Origin: Auanema rhodensis
Lineage: Eukaryota > Animalia > Nematoda
NCBI GenBank assembly: GCA_964057225.1
Contig: OZ059894.1
Coordinates: 23,870,001 to 23,934,000, forward strand
Direction: 5' to 3'
DNA: 64,000 nt
The notes under the pieces are model-generated. The model was not told where the DNA came from. It searched no databases and saw nothing but the letters and a program-made list of their open reading frames with translations. Of the stretch, positions 40,829 through 56,500 are shown piece after piece; the first letter of the stretch is position 1; the number at the start of each line of letters is the position of its first letter. The position numbers and the translations under genes are program-made.

Positions 40829-43800
40829 ATTGTGCACTTGGTATGTAACTCGCTTCACGTGAAAGATAAAGAGATGCGGTTTTCAAAATTAGATTCCCCA
40901 TGTCCATATTAGTCTAAAAACAAATTTTTATTGATATTGGTTCATGGTAACCATGACTTTGAAATTTACGTGAACTTCAATTTATGCTAATTAAATGTAC
41001 ACGTGATGTGCACTTGGTATGTAACTCGCTTCACGTGAAAGATAAAGAGATGCGGTTTTCAAAATTAGATTCCCCATGTCCATATTAGTCTAAAAACAAA
41101 TTTTTATTGATATTGGTTCATGGTAACCATGACTTTGAAATTTACGTGAACTTTAATTTATGCTAATTAAATGTACACGTGATGTGCACTTGGTATGTAA
41201 CTCGCTTCACGTGAAAGATAAAAAGATGCGGTTTTCAAAATTAAATTTCCCATGTCCATATTAGTCTAAAAACAAATTTTTATTGATATTGGTGCATGGT
41301 AACCATGACTTTGAAATTTACGTGAACTTTAATTTATGCTAATTAAATGTACACGTGATGTGCACTTGGTATGTAACTCGCTTCACGTGAAAGATAAAGA
41401 GATGCGGTTTTCAAAATTAGATTCCCCATGTCCATATTAGTCTAAAAACAAATTTTTATTGATATTGGTTCATGGTAACCATGACTTTGAAATTTACGTG
41501 AACTTTAATTTATGCTAATTAAATGTACACGTGATGTGCACTTGGTATGTAACTCGCTTCACGTGAAAGATAAAGAGATGCGGTTTTCAAAATTAGATTC
41601 CCCATGTCCATATTAGTCTAAAAACAAATTTTTATTGATATTGGTTCATGGTGACCATGACTTTGAAATTTACGTGAACTTTAATTTATGCTAATTAAAT
41701 GTACACGTGATGTGCACTTGGTATGTAACTCACTTCATGTGAAAGATAAAGAGATGCGGTTTTCAAAATTAGATTCCCCATGTCCATATTAGTCTAAAAA
41801 CAAATTTTTATTGATATTGGTGCATGGTAACCATGACTTTGAAATTTACGTGAACTTTAATTTATGCTAATTAAATGTACACGTGATGTGCACTTGGTAT
41901 GTAACTCGCTTCACGTGAAAGATAAAAAGATGCGGTTTTCAAAATTAGATTCCCCATGTCCATATTAGTCTAAAAACAAATTTTTATTGATATTGGTTCA
42001 TGGTAACCATGACTTTGAAATTTACGTGAACTTCAATTTATGCTAATTAAATGTACACGTGATGTGCACTTGGTATGTAACTCGCTTCACGTGAAAGATA
42101 AAGAGATGCGGTTTTCAAAATTAGATTCCCCATGTCCATATTAGTCTAAAAACAAATTTTTATTGATATTGGTTCATGGTAACCATGACTTTGAAATTTA
42201 CGTGAACTTCAATTTATGCTAATTAAATGTACACGTGATGTGCACTTGGTATGTAACTCGCTTCACGTGAAAGATAAAGAGATGCGGTTTTCAAAATTAG
42301 ATTCCCCATGTCCATATTAGTCTAAAAACAACTTTTTATTGATATTGGTGCATGGTAACCATGACTTTGAAATTTACGTGAACTTTAATTTATGCTAATT
42401 AAATGTACACGTGATGTGCACTTGGTATGTAACTCGCTTCACGTGAAAGATAAAGAGATGCGGTTTTCAAAATTAGATTCCCCATGTCCATATTAGTCTA
42501 AAAACAAATTTTTATTGATATTGGTTCATGGTAACCATGACTTTGAAATTTACGTGAACTTTAATTTATGCTAATTAAATGTACACGTGATGTGCACTTG
42601 GTATGTAACTCGCTTCACGTGAAAGATAAAGAGATGCGGTTTTCAAAATTAGATTCCCCATGTCCATATTAGTCTAAAAACAAATTTTTATTGATATTGG
42701 TGCATGGTAACCATGACTTTGAAATTTACGTGAACTTTAATTTATGCTAATTAAATGTACACGTGATGTGCACTTGGTATGTAACTCGCTTCACGTGAAA
42801 GATAAAGAGATGCGGTTTTCAAAATTAGATTCCCCATGTCCATATTAGTCTAAAAACAAATTTTTATTGATATTGGTTCATGGTAACCATGACTTTGAAA
42901 TTTACGTGAACTTTAATTTATGCTAATTAAATGTACACGTGATGTGCACTTGGTACGTAACTCGCTTCACGTGAAAGATAAAGAGATGCGGTTTTCAAAA
43001 TTAGATTCCCCATGTCCATATTAGTCTAAAAACAAATTTTTATTGATATTGGTTCATGGTAACCATGACTTTGAAATTTACGTGAACTTCAATTTATGCT
43101 AATTAAATGTACACGTGATGTGCACTTGGTATGTAACTCGCTTCACGTGAAAGATAAAGAGATGCGGTTTTCAAAATTAGATTCCCCATGTCCATATTAG
43201 TCTAAAAACAAATTTTTATTGATATTGGTGCATGGTAACCATGACTTTGAAATTTACGTGAACTTTAATTTATGCTAATTAAATGTACACGTGATGTGCA
43301 CTTGGAATGTAACTCGCTTCACGTGAAAGATAAAGAGATGCGGTTTTCAAAATTAGATTCCCCATGTCCATATTAGTCTAAAAACAAATTTTTATTGATA
43401 TTGGTTCATGGTAACCATGACTTTGAAATTTACGTGAACTTCAATTTATGCTAATTAAATGTACACGTGATGTGCACTTGGTATGTAACTCGCTTCACGT
43501 GAAAGATAAAGAGATGCGGTTTTCAAAATTAGATTCCCCATGTCCATATTAGTCTAAAAACAAATTTTTATTGATATTGGTTCATGGTAACCATGACTTT
43601 GAAATTTACGTGAACTTCAATTTATGCTAATTAAATGTACACGTGATGTGCACTTGGTATGTAACTCGCTTCACGTGAAAGATAAAGAGATGCGGTTTTC
43701 AAAATTAGATTCCCCATGTCCATATTAGTCTAAAAACAACTTTTTATTGATATTGGTGCATGGTAACCATGACTTTGAAATTTACGTGAACTTTAATTTA

Positions 43801-46800
43801 TGCTAATTAAATGTACACGTGATGTGCACTTGGTATGTAACTCGCTTCACGTGAAAGATAAAGAGATGCGGTTTTCAAAATTAGATTCCCCATGTCCATA
43901 TTAGTCTAAAAACAAATTTTTATTGATATTGGTTCATGGTAACCATGACTTTGAAATTTACGTGAACTTTAATTTATGCTAATTAAATGTACACGTGATG
44001 TGCACTTGGTATGTAACTCGCTTCACGTGAAAGATAAAGAGATGCGGTTTTCAAAATTAGATTCCCCATGTCCATATTAGTCTAAAAACAAATTTTTATT
44101 GATATTGGTGCATGGTAACCATGACTTTGAAATTTACGTGAACTTTAATTTATGCTAATTAAATGTACACGTGATGTGCACTTGGTATGTAACTCGCTTC
44201 ACGTGAAAGATAAAGAGATGCGGTTTTCAAAATTAGATTCCCCATGTCCATATTAGTCTAAAAACAAATTTTTATTGATATTGGTGCATGGTAACCATGA
44301 CTTTGAAATTTACGTGAACTTTAATTTATGCTAATTAAATGTACACGTGATGTGCACTTGGAATGTAACTCGCTTCACGTGAAAGATAAAGAGATGCGGT
44401 TTTCAAAATTAGATTCCCCATGTCCATATTAGTCTAAAAACAAATTTTTATTGATATTGGTTCATGGTAACCATGACTTTGAAATTTACGTGAACTTCAA
44501 TTTATGCTAATTAAATGTACACGTGATGTGCACTTGGTATGTAACTCGCTTCACGTGAAAGATAAAGAGATGCGGTTTTCAAAATTAGATTCCCCATGTC
44601 CATATTAGTCTAAAAACAAATTTTTATTGATATTGGTTCGTGGTAACCATGACTTTGAAATTTACGTGAACTTCAATTTATGCTAATTAAATGTACACGT
44701 GATGTGCACTTGGTATGTAACTCGCTTCACGTGAAAGATAAAGAGATGCGGTTTTCAAAATTAGATTCCCCATGTCCATATTAGTCTAAAAACAAATTTT
44801 TATTGATATTGGTGCATGGTAACCATGACTTTGAAATTTACGTGAACTTTAATTTATGCTAATTAAATGTACACGTGATGTGCACTTGGTATGTAACTCG
44901 CTTCACGTGAAAGATAAAGAGATGCGGTTTTCAAAATTAGATTCCCCATGTCCATATTAGTCTAAAAACAAATTTTTATTGATATTGGTTCATGGTAACC
45001 ATGACTTTGAAATTTACGTGAACTTTAATTTATGCTAATTAAATGTACACGTGATGTGCACTTGGTACGTAACTCGCTTCACGTGAAAGATAAAGAGATG
45101 CGGTTTTAAAAATTAGATTCCCCATGTCCATATTAGTCTAAAAACAAATTTTTATTGATATTGGTGCATGGTAACCATGACTTTGAACTTTACGTGAACT
45201 TTAATTTATGCTAATTAAATGTACACGTATTGTGCACTTGGTATGTAACTCGCTTCACGTGAAAGATAAAGAGATGCGGTTTTCAAAATTAGATTCCCCA
45301 TGTCCATATTAGTCTAAAAACAAATTTTTATTGATATTGGTGCATGGTAACCATGACTTTGAAATTTACGTGAACTTTAATTTATGCTAATTAAATGTAC
45401 ACGTGATGTGCACTTGGTATGTAACTCGCTTCACGTGAAAGATAAAGAGATGCGGTTTTCAAAATTAGATTCCCCATGTCCATATTAGTCTAAAAACAAA
45501 TTTTTATTGATATTGGTTCATGGTAACCATGACTTTGAAATTTACGTGAACTTTAATTTATGCTAATTAAATGTACACGTGATGTGCACTTGGTATGTAA
45601 CTCGCTTCACGTGAAAGATAAAGAGATGCGGTTTTCAAAATTAGATTCCCCATGTCCATATTAGTCTAAAAACAAATTTTTATTGATATTGGTTCATGGT
45701 GACCATGACTTTGAAATTTACGTGAACTTTAATTTATGCTAATTAAATGTACACGTGATGTGCACTTGGTATGTAACTCACTTCATGTGAAAGATAAAGA
45801 GATGCGGTTTTCAAAATTAGATTCCCCATGTCCATATTAGTCTAAAAACAAATTTTTATTGATATTGGTGCATGGTAACCATGACTTTGAAATTTACGTG
45901 AACTTTAATTTATGCTAATTAAATGTACACGTGATGTGCACTTGGTATGTAACTCGCTTCACGTGAAAGATAAAGAGATGCGGTTTTCAAAATTAGATTC
46001 CCCATGTCCATATTAGTCTAAAAACAAATTTTTATTGATATTGGTTCATGGTAACCATGACTTTGAAATTTACGTGAACTTCAATTTATGCTAATTAAAT
46101 GTACACGTGATGTGCACTTGGTATGTAACTCGCTTCACGTGAAAGATAAAGAGATGCGGTTTTCAAAATTAGATTCCCCATGTCCATATTAGTCTAAAAA
46201 CAAATTTTTATTGATATTGGTGCATGGTAACCATGACTTTGAAATTTACGTGAACTTTAATTTATGCTAATTAAATGTACACGTGATGTGCACTTGGTAT
46301 GTAACTCGCTTCACGTGAAAGATAAAGAGATGCGGTTTTCAAAATTAGATTCCCCATGTCCATATTAGTCTAAAAACAAATTTTTATTGATATTGGTGCA
46401 TGGTAACCATGACTTTGAAATTTACGTGAACTTTAATTTATGCTAATTAAATGTACACGTGATGTGCACTTGGTATGTAACTCGCTTCACGTGAAAGATA
46501 AAGAGATGCGGTTTTAAAAATTAGATTCCCCATGTCCATATTAGTCTAAAAACAAATTTTTATTGATATTGGTTCATGGTAACCATGACTTTGAAATTTA
46601 CGTGAACTTCAATTTATGCTAATTAAATGTACACGTGATGTGCACTTGGTATGTAACTCGCTTCACGTGAAAGATAAAGAGATGCGGTTTTCAAAATTAG
46701 ATTCCCCATGTCCATATTAGTCTAAAAACAACTTTTTATTGATATTGGTTCATGGTAACCATGACTTTGAAATTTACGTGAACTTCAATTTATGCTAATT

Positions 46801-49800
46801 AAATGTACACGTGATGTGCACTTGGTATGTAACTCGCTTCACGTGAAAGATAAAGAGATGCGGTTTTCAAAATTAGATTCCCCATGTCCATATTAGTCTA
46901 AAAACAAATTTTTATTGATATTGGTGCATGGTAACCATGACTTTGAAATTTACGTGAACTTTAATTTATGCTAATTAAATGTACACGTGATGTGCACTTG
47001 GTATGTAACTCGCTTCACGTGAAAGATAAAGAGATGCGGTTTTCAAAATTAGATTCTTCATGTCCATATTAGTCTAAAAACAAATTTTTATTGATATTGG
47101 TTCATGGTAACCATGACTTTGAAATTTACGTGAACTTTAATTTATGCTAATTAAATGTACACGTGATGTGCACTTGGTATGTAACTCGCTTCACGTGAAA
47201 GATAAAGAGATGCGGTTTTCAAAATTAGATTCCCCATGTCCATATTAGTCTAAAAACAAATTTTTATTGATATTGGTTCATGGTAACCATGACTTTGAAA
47301 TTTACGTGAACTTCAATTTATGCTAATTAAATGTACACGTGATGTGCACTTGGTATGTAACTCGCTTCACGTGAAAGATAAAGAGATGCGGTTTTCAAAA
47401 TTAGATTCCCCATGTCCATATTAGTCTAAAAACAAATTTTTATTGATATTGGTTCATGGTAACCATGACTTTGAAATTTACGTGAACTTCAATTTATGCT
47501 AATTAAATGTACACGTGATGTGCACTTGGTATGTAACTCGCTTCACGTGAAAGATAAAGAGATGCGGTTTTCAAAATTAGATTCCCCATGTCCATATTAG
47601 TCTAAAAACAAATTTTTATTGATATTGGTTCATGGTAACCATGACTTTGAAATTTACGTGAACTTTAATTTATGCTAATTAAATGTACACGTGATGTGCA
47701 CTTGGTATGTAACTCGCTTCACGTGAAAGATGAAGAGATGCGGTTTTCAAAATTAGATTCCCCATGTCCATATTATTCTAAAAACAAATTTTTATTGATA
47801 TTGGTTCATGGTAACCATGACTTTGAAATTTACGTGAACTTCAATTTATGCTAATTAAATGTACACGTGATGTGCACTTGGTATGTAACTCGCTTCACGT
47901 GAAAGATAAAGAGATGCGGTTTTCAAAATTAGATTCCCCATGTCCATATTAGTCTAAAAACAAATTTTTATTGATATTGGTTCATGGTAACCATGACTTT
48001 GAAATTTACGTGAACTTCAATTTATGCTAATTAAATGTACACGTGATGTGCACTTGGTATGTAACTCGCTTCACGTGAAAGATAAAGAGATGCGGTTTTC
48101 AAAATTAGATTCCCCATGTCCATATTAGTCTAAAAACAAATTTTTATTGATATTGGTTCATGGTAACCATGACTTTGAAATTTACGTGAACTTCAATTTA
48201 TGCTAATTAAATGTACACGTGATGTGCACTTGGTATGTAACTCGCTTCACGTGAAAGATAAAGAGATGCGGTTTTCAAAATTAGATTCCCCATGTCCATA
48301 TTAGTCTAAAAACAAATTTTTATTGATATTGGTGCATGGTAACCATGACTTTGAAATTTACGTGAACTTCAATTTATGCTAATTAAATGTACACGTGATG
48401 TGCACTTGGTATGTAACTCGCTTCACGTGAAAGATAAAGAGATGCGGTTTTCAAAATTAGATTCCCCATGTCCATATTAGTCTAAAAACAAATTTTTATT
48501 GATATTGGTTCATGGTAACCATGACTTTGAAATTTACGTGAACTTCAATTTATGCTAATTAAATGTACACGTGATGTGCACTTGGTATGTAACTCGCTTC
48601 ACGTGAAAGATAAAGAGATGCGGTTTTCCAAATTAGATTCCCCATGTCCATATTAGTCTAAAAACAAATTTTTATTGATATTGGTGCATGGTAACCATGA
48701 CTTTGAAATTTACGTGAACTTTAATTTATGCTAATTAAATGTACACGTGATGTGCACTCGGTATGTAACTCGCTTCACGTGAAAGATAAAGTGATGCGGT
48801 TTTCAAAATTAGATTCCCCATGTCCATATTAGTCTAAAAACAAATTTTTATTGATATTGGTTCATGGTAACCATGACTTTGAAATTTACGTGAACTTCAA
48901 TTTATGCTAATTAAATGTACACGTGATGTGCACTTGGTATGTAACTCGCTTCACGTGAAAGATAAAGAGATGCGGTTTTCAAAATTAGATTCCCCATGTC
49001 CATATTAGTCTAAAAACAAATTTTTATTGATATTGGTTCATGGTAACCATGACTTTGAAATTTACGTGAACTTTAATTTATGCTAATTAAATGTACACGT
49101 GATGTGCACTTGGTATGTAACTCGCTTCACGTGAAAGATGAAGAGATGCGGTTTTCAAAATTAGATTCCCCATGTCCATATTATTCTAAAAACAAATTTT
49201 TATTGATATTGGTTCATGGTAACCATGACTTTGAAATTTACGTGAACTTCAATTTATGCTAATTAAATGTACACGTGATGTGCACTTGGTATGTAACTCG
49301 CTTCACGTGAAAGATAAAGAGATGCGGTTTTCAAAATTAGATTCCCCATGTCCATATTAGTCTAAAAACAAATTTTTATTGATATTGGTTCATGGTAACC
49401 ATGACTTTGAAATTTACGTGAACTTCAATTTATGCTAATTAAATGTACACGTGATGTGCACTTGGTATGTAACTCGCTTCACGTGAAAGATAAAGAGATG
49501 CGGTTTTCAAAATTAGATTCCCCATGTCCATATTAGTCTAAAAACAAATTTTTATTGATATTGGTTCATGGTAACCATGACTTTGAAATTTACGTGAACT
49601 TCAATTTATGCTAATTAAATGTACACGTGATGTGCACTTGGTATGTAACTCGCTTCACGTAAAAGATAAAGAGATGCGGTTTTCAAAATTAGATTCCCCA
49701 TGTCCATATTAGTCTAAAAACAAATTTTTATTGATATTGGTGCATGGTAACCATGACTTTGAAATTTACGTGAACTTTAATTTATGCTAATTAAATGTAC

Positions 49801-52800
49801 ACGTGATGTGCACTTGGTATGTAACTCGCTTCACGTGAAAGATAAAGAGATGCGGTTTTCAAAATTAGATTCCCCATGTCCATATTAGTCTAAAAACAAA
49901 TTTTTATTGATATTGGTGCATGGTAACCATGACTTTGAAATTTACGTGAACTTTAATTTATGCTAATTAAATGTACACGTGATGTGCACTTGGTATGTAA
50001 CTCGCTTCACGTGAAAGATAAAGAGATGCGGTTTTCAAAATTAGATCCCCCATGTCCATATTAGTCTAAAAACAAATTTTTATTGATATTGGTGCATGGT
50101 AACCATGACTTTGAAATTTACGTGAACTTTAATTTATGCTAATTAAATGTACACGTGATGTGCACTTGGTATGTAACTCGCTTCACGTGAAAGATAAAGA
50201 GATGCGGTTTTCAAAATTAGATTCCCCATGTCCATATTAGTCTAAAAACAAATTTTTATTGATATTGGTTCATGGTAACCATGACTTTGAAATTTACGTG
50301 AACTTTAATTTATGCTAATTAAATGTACACGTGATGTGCACTTGGTATGTAACTCGCTTCACGTGAAAGATAAAGAGATGCGGTTTTCAAAATTAGATTC
50401 CCCATGTCCATATTAGTCTAAAAACAAATTTTTATTGATATTGGTGCATGGTAACCATGACTTTGAAATTTACGTGAACTTTAATTTATGCTAATTAAAT
50501 GTACACGTGATGTGCACTTGGTATGTAACTCGCTTCACGTGAAAGATAAAGAGATGCGGTTTTTAAAATTAGATTCCCCATGTCCATATTAGTCTAAAAA
50601 CAAATTTTTATTGATATTGGTGCATGGTAACCATGACTTTGAAATTTACGTGAACTTTAATTTATGCTAATTAAATGTACACGTGATGTGCACTTGGTAT
50701 GTAACTCGCTTCACGTGAAAGATAAAGAGATGCGGTTTTCAAAATTAGATTCCTCATGTCCATATTAGTCTAAAAACAAATTTTTATTGATATTGGTGCA
50801 TGGTAACCATGACTTTGAAATTTACGTGAACTTTAATTTATGCTAATTAAATGTACACGTGATGTGCACTTGGTATGTAACTCGCTTCACGTGAAAGATA
50901 AAGAGATGCGGTTTTCAAAATTAGATTCTTCATGTCCATATTAGTCTAAAAACAAATTTTTATTGATATTGGTTCATGGTAACCATGACTTTGAAATTTA
51001 CGTGAAATTTAATTTATGCTAATTAAATGTACACGTGATGTGCACTTGGTATGTAACTCGCTTCACGTGAAAGATAAAGAGATGCGGTTTTCAAAATTAG
51101 ATTCCCCATGTCCATATTAGTCTAAAAACAAATTTTTATTGATATTGGTTCATGGTAACCATGACTTTGAAATTTACGTGAACTTTAATTTATGCTAATT
51201 AAATGTACACGTGATGTGCACTTGGTATGTAACTCGCTTCACGTGAAAGATGAAGAGATGCGGTTTTCAAAATTAGATTCCCCATGTCCATATTAGTCTA
51301 AAAACAAATTTTTATTGATATTGGTTCATGGTAACCATGACTTTGAAATTTACGTGAACTTTAATTTATGCTAATTAAATGTACACGTGATGTGCACTTG
51401 GTATGTAACTCGCTTCACGTGAAAGATAAAAAGATGCGGTTTTCAAAATTAGATTCCCCATGTCCATATTAGTCTAAAAACAAATTTTTATTGATATTGG
51501 TGCATGGTAACCATGACTTTGAAATTTACGTGAACTTTAATTTATGCTAATTAAATGTACACGTGATGTGCACTTGGTATGTAACTCGCTTCACGTGAAA
51601 GATAAAGAGATGCGGTTTTCAAAATTAGATTCCCCATGTCCATATTAGTCTAAAAACAAATTTTTATTGATATTGGTGCATGGTATCCATGACTTTGAAA
51701 TTTACGTGAACTTTAATTTATGCTAATTAAATGTACACGTGATGTGCACTTGGTATGTAACTCGCTTCACGTGAAAGATAAAGAGATGCGGTTTTCAAAA
51801 TTAGATTCCCCATGTCCATATTAGTCTAAAAACAAATTTTTATTGATATTGGTTCATGGTAACCATGACTTTGAAATTTACGTGAACTTCAATTTATGCT
51901 AATTAAATGTACACGTGATGTGCACTTGGTATGTAACTCGCTTCACGTGAAAGATAAAGAGATGCGGTTTTCAAAATTAGATTCCCCATGTCCATATTAG
52001 TCTAAAAACAAGTTTTTATTGATATTGGTTCATGGTAACCATGACTTTGAAATTTACGTGAACTTTAATTTATGCTAATTAAATGTACACGTGATGTGCA
52101 CTTGGTATGTAACTCGCTTCACGTGAAAGATAAAGAGATGCGGTTTTCAAAATTAGATTCCCCATGTCCATATTATTCTAAAAACAAATTTTTATTGATA
52201 TTGGTTCATGGTAACCATGACTTTGAAATTTACGTGAACTTCAATTTATGCTAATTAAATGTACACGTGATGTGCACTTGGTATGTAACTCGCTTCACGT
52301 GAAAGATAAAGAGATGCGGTTTTCAAAATTAGATTCCCCATGTCCATATTAGTCTAAAAACAAATTTTTATTGATATTGGTTCATGGTAACCATGACTTT
52401 GAAATTTACGTGAACTTCAATTTATGCTAATTAAATGTACACGTGATGTGCACTTGGTATGTAACTCGCTTCACGTGAAAGATAAAGAGATGCGGTTTTC
52501 GAAATTAGATTCCCCATGTCCATATTAGTCTAAAAACAAATTTTTATTGATATTGGTTCATGGTAACCATGACTTTGAAATTTACGTGAACTTTAATTTA
52601 TGCTAATTAAATGTACACGTGATGTGCACTTGGTATGTAACTCGCTTCACGTGAAAGATAAAGAGATGCGGTTTTCAAAATTAGATTCCCCATGTCCATA
52701 TTAGTCTAAAAACAAATTTTTATTGATATTGGTTCATGGTAACCATGACTTTGAAATTTACGTGAACTTTAATTTATGCTAATTAAATGTACACGTGATG

Positions 52801-53540
52801 TGCACTTGGTATGTAACTCGCTTCACGTGAAAGATAAAAAGATGCGGTTTTCAAAATTAGATTCCCCATGTCCATATTAGTCTAAAAACAAATTTTTATT
52901 GATATTGGTGCATGGTAACCATGACTTTGAAATTTACGTGAACTTTAATTTATGCTAATTAAATGTACACGTGATGTGCACTTGGTATGTAACTCGCTTC
53001 ACGTGAAAGATAAAGAGATGCGGTTTTCAAAATTAGATTCCCCATGTCCATATTAGTCTAAAAACAAATTTTTATTGATATTGGTGCATGGTAACCATGA
53101 CTTTGAAATTTACGTGAACTTTAATTTATGCTAATTAAATGTACACGTGATGTGCACTTGGTATGTAACTCGCTTCACGTGAAAGATAAAGAGATGCGGT
53201 TTTCAAAATTAGATCCCCCATGTCCATATTAGTCTAAAAACAAATTTTTATTGATATTGGTGCATGGTAACCATGACTTTGAAATTTACGTGAACTTTAA
53301 TTTATGCTAATTAAATGTACACGTGATGTGCACTTGGTATGTAACTCGCTTCACGTGAAAGATAAAGAGATGCGGTTTTCAAAATTAGATTTCCCATGTC
53401 CATATTAGTCTAAAAACAAATTTTTATTGATATTGGTTCATGGTAACCATGACTTTGAAATTTACGTGAACTTTAATTTATGCTAATTAAATGTACACGT
53501 GATGTGCACTTGGTATGTAACTCGCTTCACGTGAAAGATG

Positions 53541-56500
53541 AAGAGATGCGGTTTTCAAAATTAGATTCCCCATGTCCATATTAGTCTAAAAACAAATTTT
53601 TATTGATATTGGTTCATGGTAACCATGACTTTGAAATTTACGTGAACTTTAATTTATGCTAATTAAATGTACACGTGATGTGCACTTGGTATGTAACTCG
53701 CTTCACGTGAAAGATAAAGAGATGCGGTTTTCAAAATTAGATTCCCCATGTCCATATTAGTCTAAAAACAAATTTTTATTGATATTGGTGCATGGTAACC
53801 ATGACTTTGAAATTTACGTGAACTTTAATTTATGCTAATTAAATGTACACGTGATGTGCACTTGGTATGTAACTCGCTTCACGTGAAAGATAAAGAGATG
53901 CGGTTTTCAAAATTAGATTCCCCATGTCCATATTAGTCTAAAAACAAATTTTTATTGATATTGGTGCATGGTAACCATGACTTTGAAATTTACGTGAACT
54001 TTAATTTATGCTAATTAAATGTACACGTGATGTGCACTTGGTATGTAACTCGCTTCACGTGAAAGATAAAGAGATGCGGTTTTCAAAATTAGATCCCCCA
54101 TGTCCATATTAGTCTAAAAACAAATTTTTATTGATATTGGTTCATGGTAACCATGACTTTGAAATTTACGTGAACTTTAATTTATGCTAATTAAATGTAC
54201 ACGTGATGTGCACTTGGTATGTAACTCGCTTCACGTGAAAGATAAAGAGATGCGGTTTTCAAAATTAGATTCCCCATGTCCATATTAGTCTAAAAACAAA
54301 TTTTTATTGATATTGGTTCATGGTAACCATGACTTTGAAATTTACGTGAACTTCAATTTATGCTAATTAAATGTACACGTGATGTGCACTTGGTATGTAA
54401 CTCGCTTCACGTGAAAGATAAAGAGATGCGGTTTTCAAAATTAGATTCCCCATGTCCATATTAGTCTAAAAACAAATTTTTATTGATATTGGTTCATGGT
54501 AACCATGACTTTGAAATTTACGTGAACTTCAATTTATGCTAATTAAATGTACACGTGATGTGCACTTGGTATGTAACTCGCTTCACGTGAAAGATAAAGA
54601 GATGCGGTTTTCAAAATTAGATTCCCCATGTCCATATTAGTCTAAAAACAAATTTTTATTGATATTGGTTCATGGTAACCATGACTTTGAAATTTACGTG
54701 AACTTTAATTTATGCTAATTAAATGTACACGTGATGTGCACTTGGTATGTAACTCGCTTCACGTGAAAGATAAAGAGATGCGGTTTTCAAAATTAGATTC
54801 CCCATGTCCATATTATTCTAAAAACAAATTTTTATTGATATTGGTTCATGGTAACCATGACTTTGAAATTTACGTGAACTTCAATTTATGCTAATTAAAT
54901 GTACACGTGATGTGCACTTGGTATGTAACTCGCTTCACGTGAAAGATAAAGAGATGCGGTTTTCAAAATTAGATTCCCCATGTCCATATTAGTCTAAAAA
55001 CAAATTTTTATTGATATTGGTTCATGGTAACCATGACTTTGAAATTTACGTGAACTTCAATTTATGCTAATTAAATGTACACGTGATGTGCACTTGGTAT
55101 GTAACTCGCTTCACGTGAAAGATAAAGAGATGCGGTTTTCAAAATTAGATTCCCCATGTCCATATTAGTCTAAAAACAAATTTTTATTGATATTGGTTCA
55201 TGGTAACCATGACTTTGAAATTTACGTGAACTTCAATTTATGCTAATTAAATGTACACGTGATGTGCACTTGGTATGTAACTCGCTTCACGTGAAAGATA
55301 AAGAGATGCGGTTTTCAAAATTAGATTCCCCATGTCCATATTAGTCTAAAAACAAATTTTTATTGATATTGGTTCATGGTAACCATGACTTTGAAATTTA
55401 CGTGAACTTTAATTTATGCTAATTAAATGTACACGTGATGTGCACTTGGTATGTAACTCGCTTCACGTGAAAGATAAAGAAATGCGGTTTTCAAAATTAG
55501 ATTCCCCATGTCCATATTAGTCTAAAAACAAATTTTTATTGATATTGGTGCATGGTAACCATGACTTTGAAATTTACGTGAACTTTAATTTATGCTAATT
55601 AAATGTACACGTGATGTGCCCTTGGTATGTAACTCGCTTCACGTGAAAGATAAAGAGATGCGGTTTTCAAAATTAGATTCCCCATGTCCATATTAGTCTA
55701 AAAACAAATTTTTATTGATATTGGTTCATGGTAACCATGACTTTGAAATTTACGTGAACTTTAATTTATGCTAATTAAATGTACACGTGATGTGCACTTG
55801 GTATGTAACTCGCTTCACGTGAAAGATAAAGAGATGCGGTTTTCAAAATTAGATTCCCCATGTCCATATTAGTCTAAAAACAAATTTTTATTGATATTGG
55901 TGCATGGTAACCATGACTTTGAAATTTACGTGAACTTTAATTTATGCTAATTAAATGTACACGTGATGTGCACTTGGTATGTAACTCGCTTCACGTGAAA
56001 GATAAAGAGATGCGGTTTTCAAAATTAGATTCCCCATGTCCATATTAGTCTAAAAACAAATTTTTATTGATATTGGTGCATGGTAACCATGACTTTGAAA
56101 TTTACGTGAACTTTAATTTATGCTAATTAAATGTACACGTGATGTGCACTTGGTATGTAACTCGCTTCACGTGAAAGATAAAGAGATGCGGTTTTCAAAA
56201 TTAGATCCCCCATGTCCATATTAGTCTAAAAACAAATTTTTATTGATATTGGTTCATGGTAACCATGACTTTGAAATTTACGTGAACTTTAATTTATGCT
56301 AATTAAATGTACACGTGATGTGCACTTGGTATGTAACTCGCTTCACGTGAAAGATAAAGAGATGCGGTTTTCAAAATTAGATTCCCCATGTCCATATTAG
56401 TCTAAAAACAAATTTTTATTGATATTGGTTCATGGTAACCATGACTTTGAAATTTACGTGAACTTCAATTTATGCTAATTAAATGTACACGTGATGTGCA

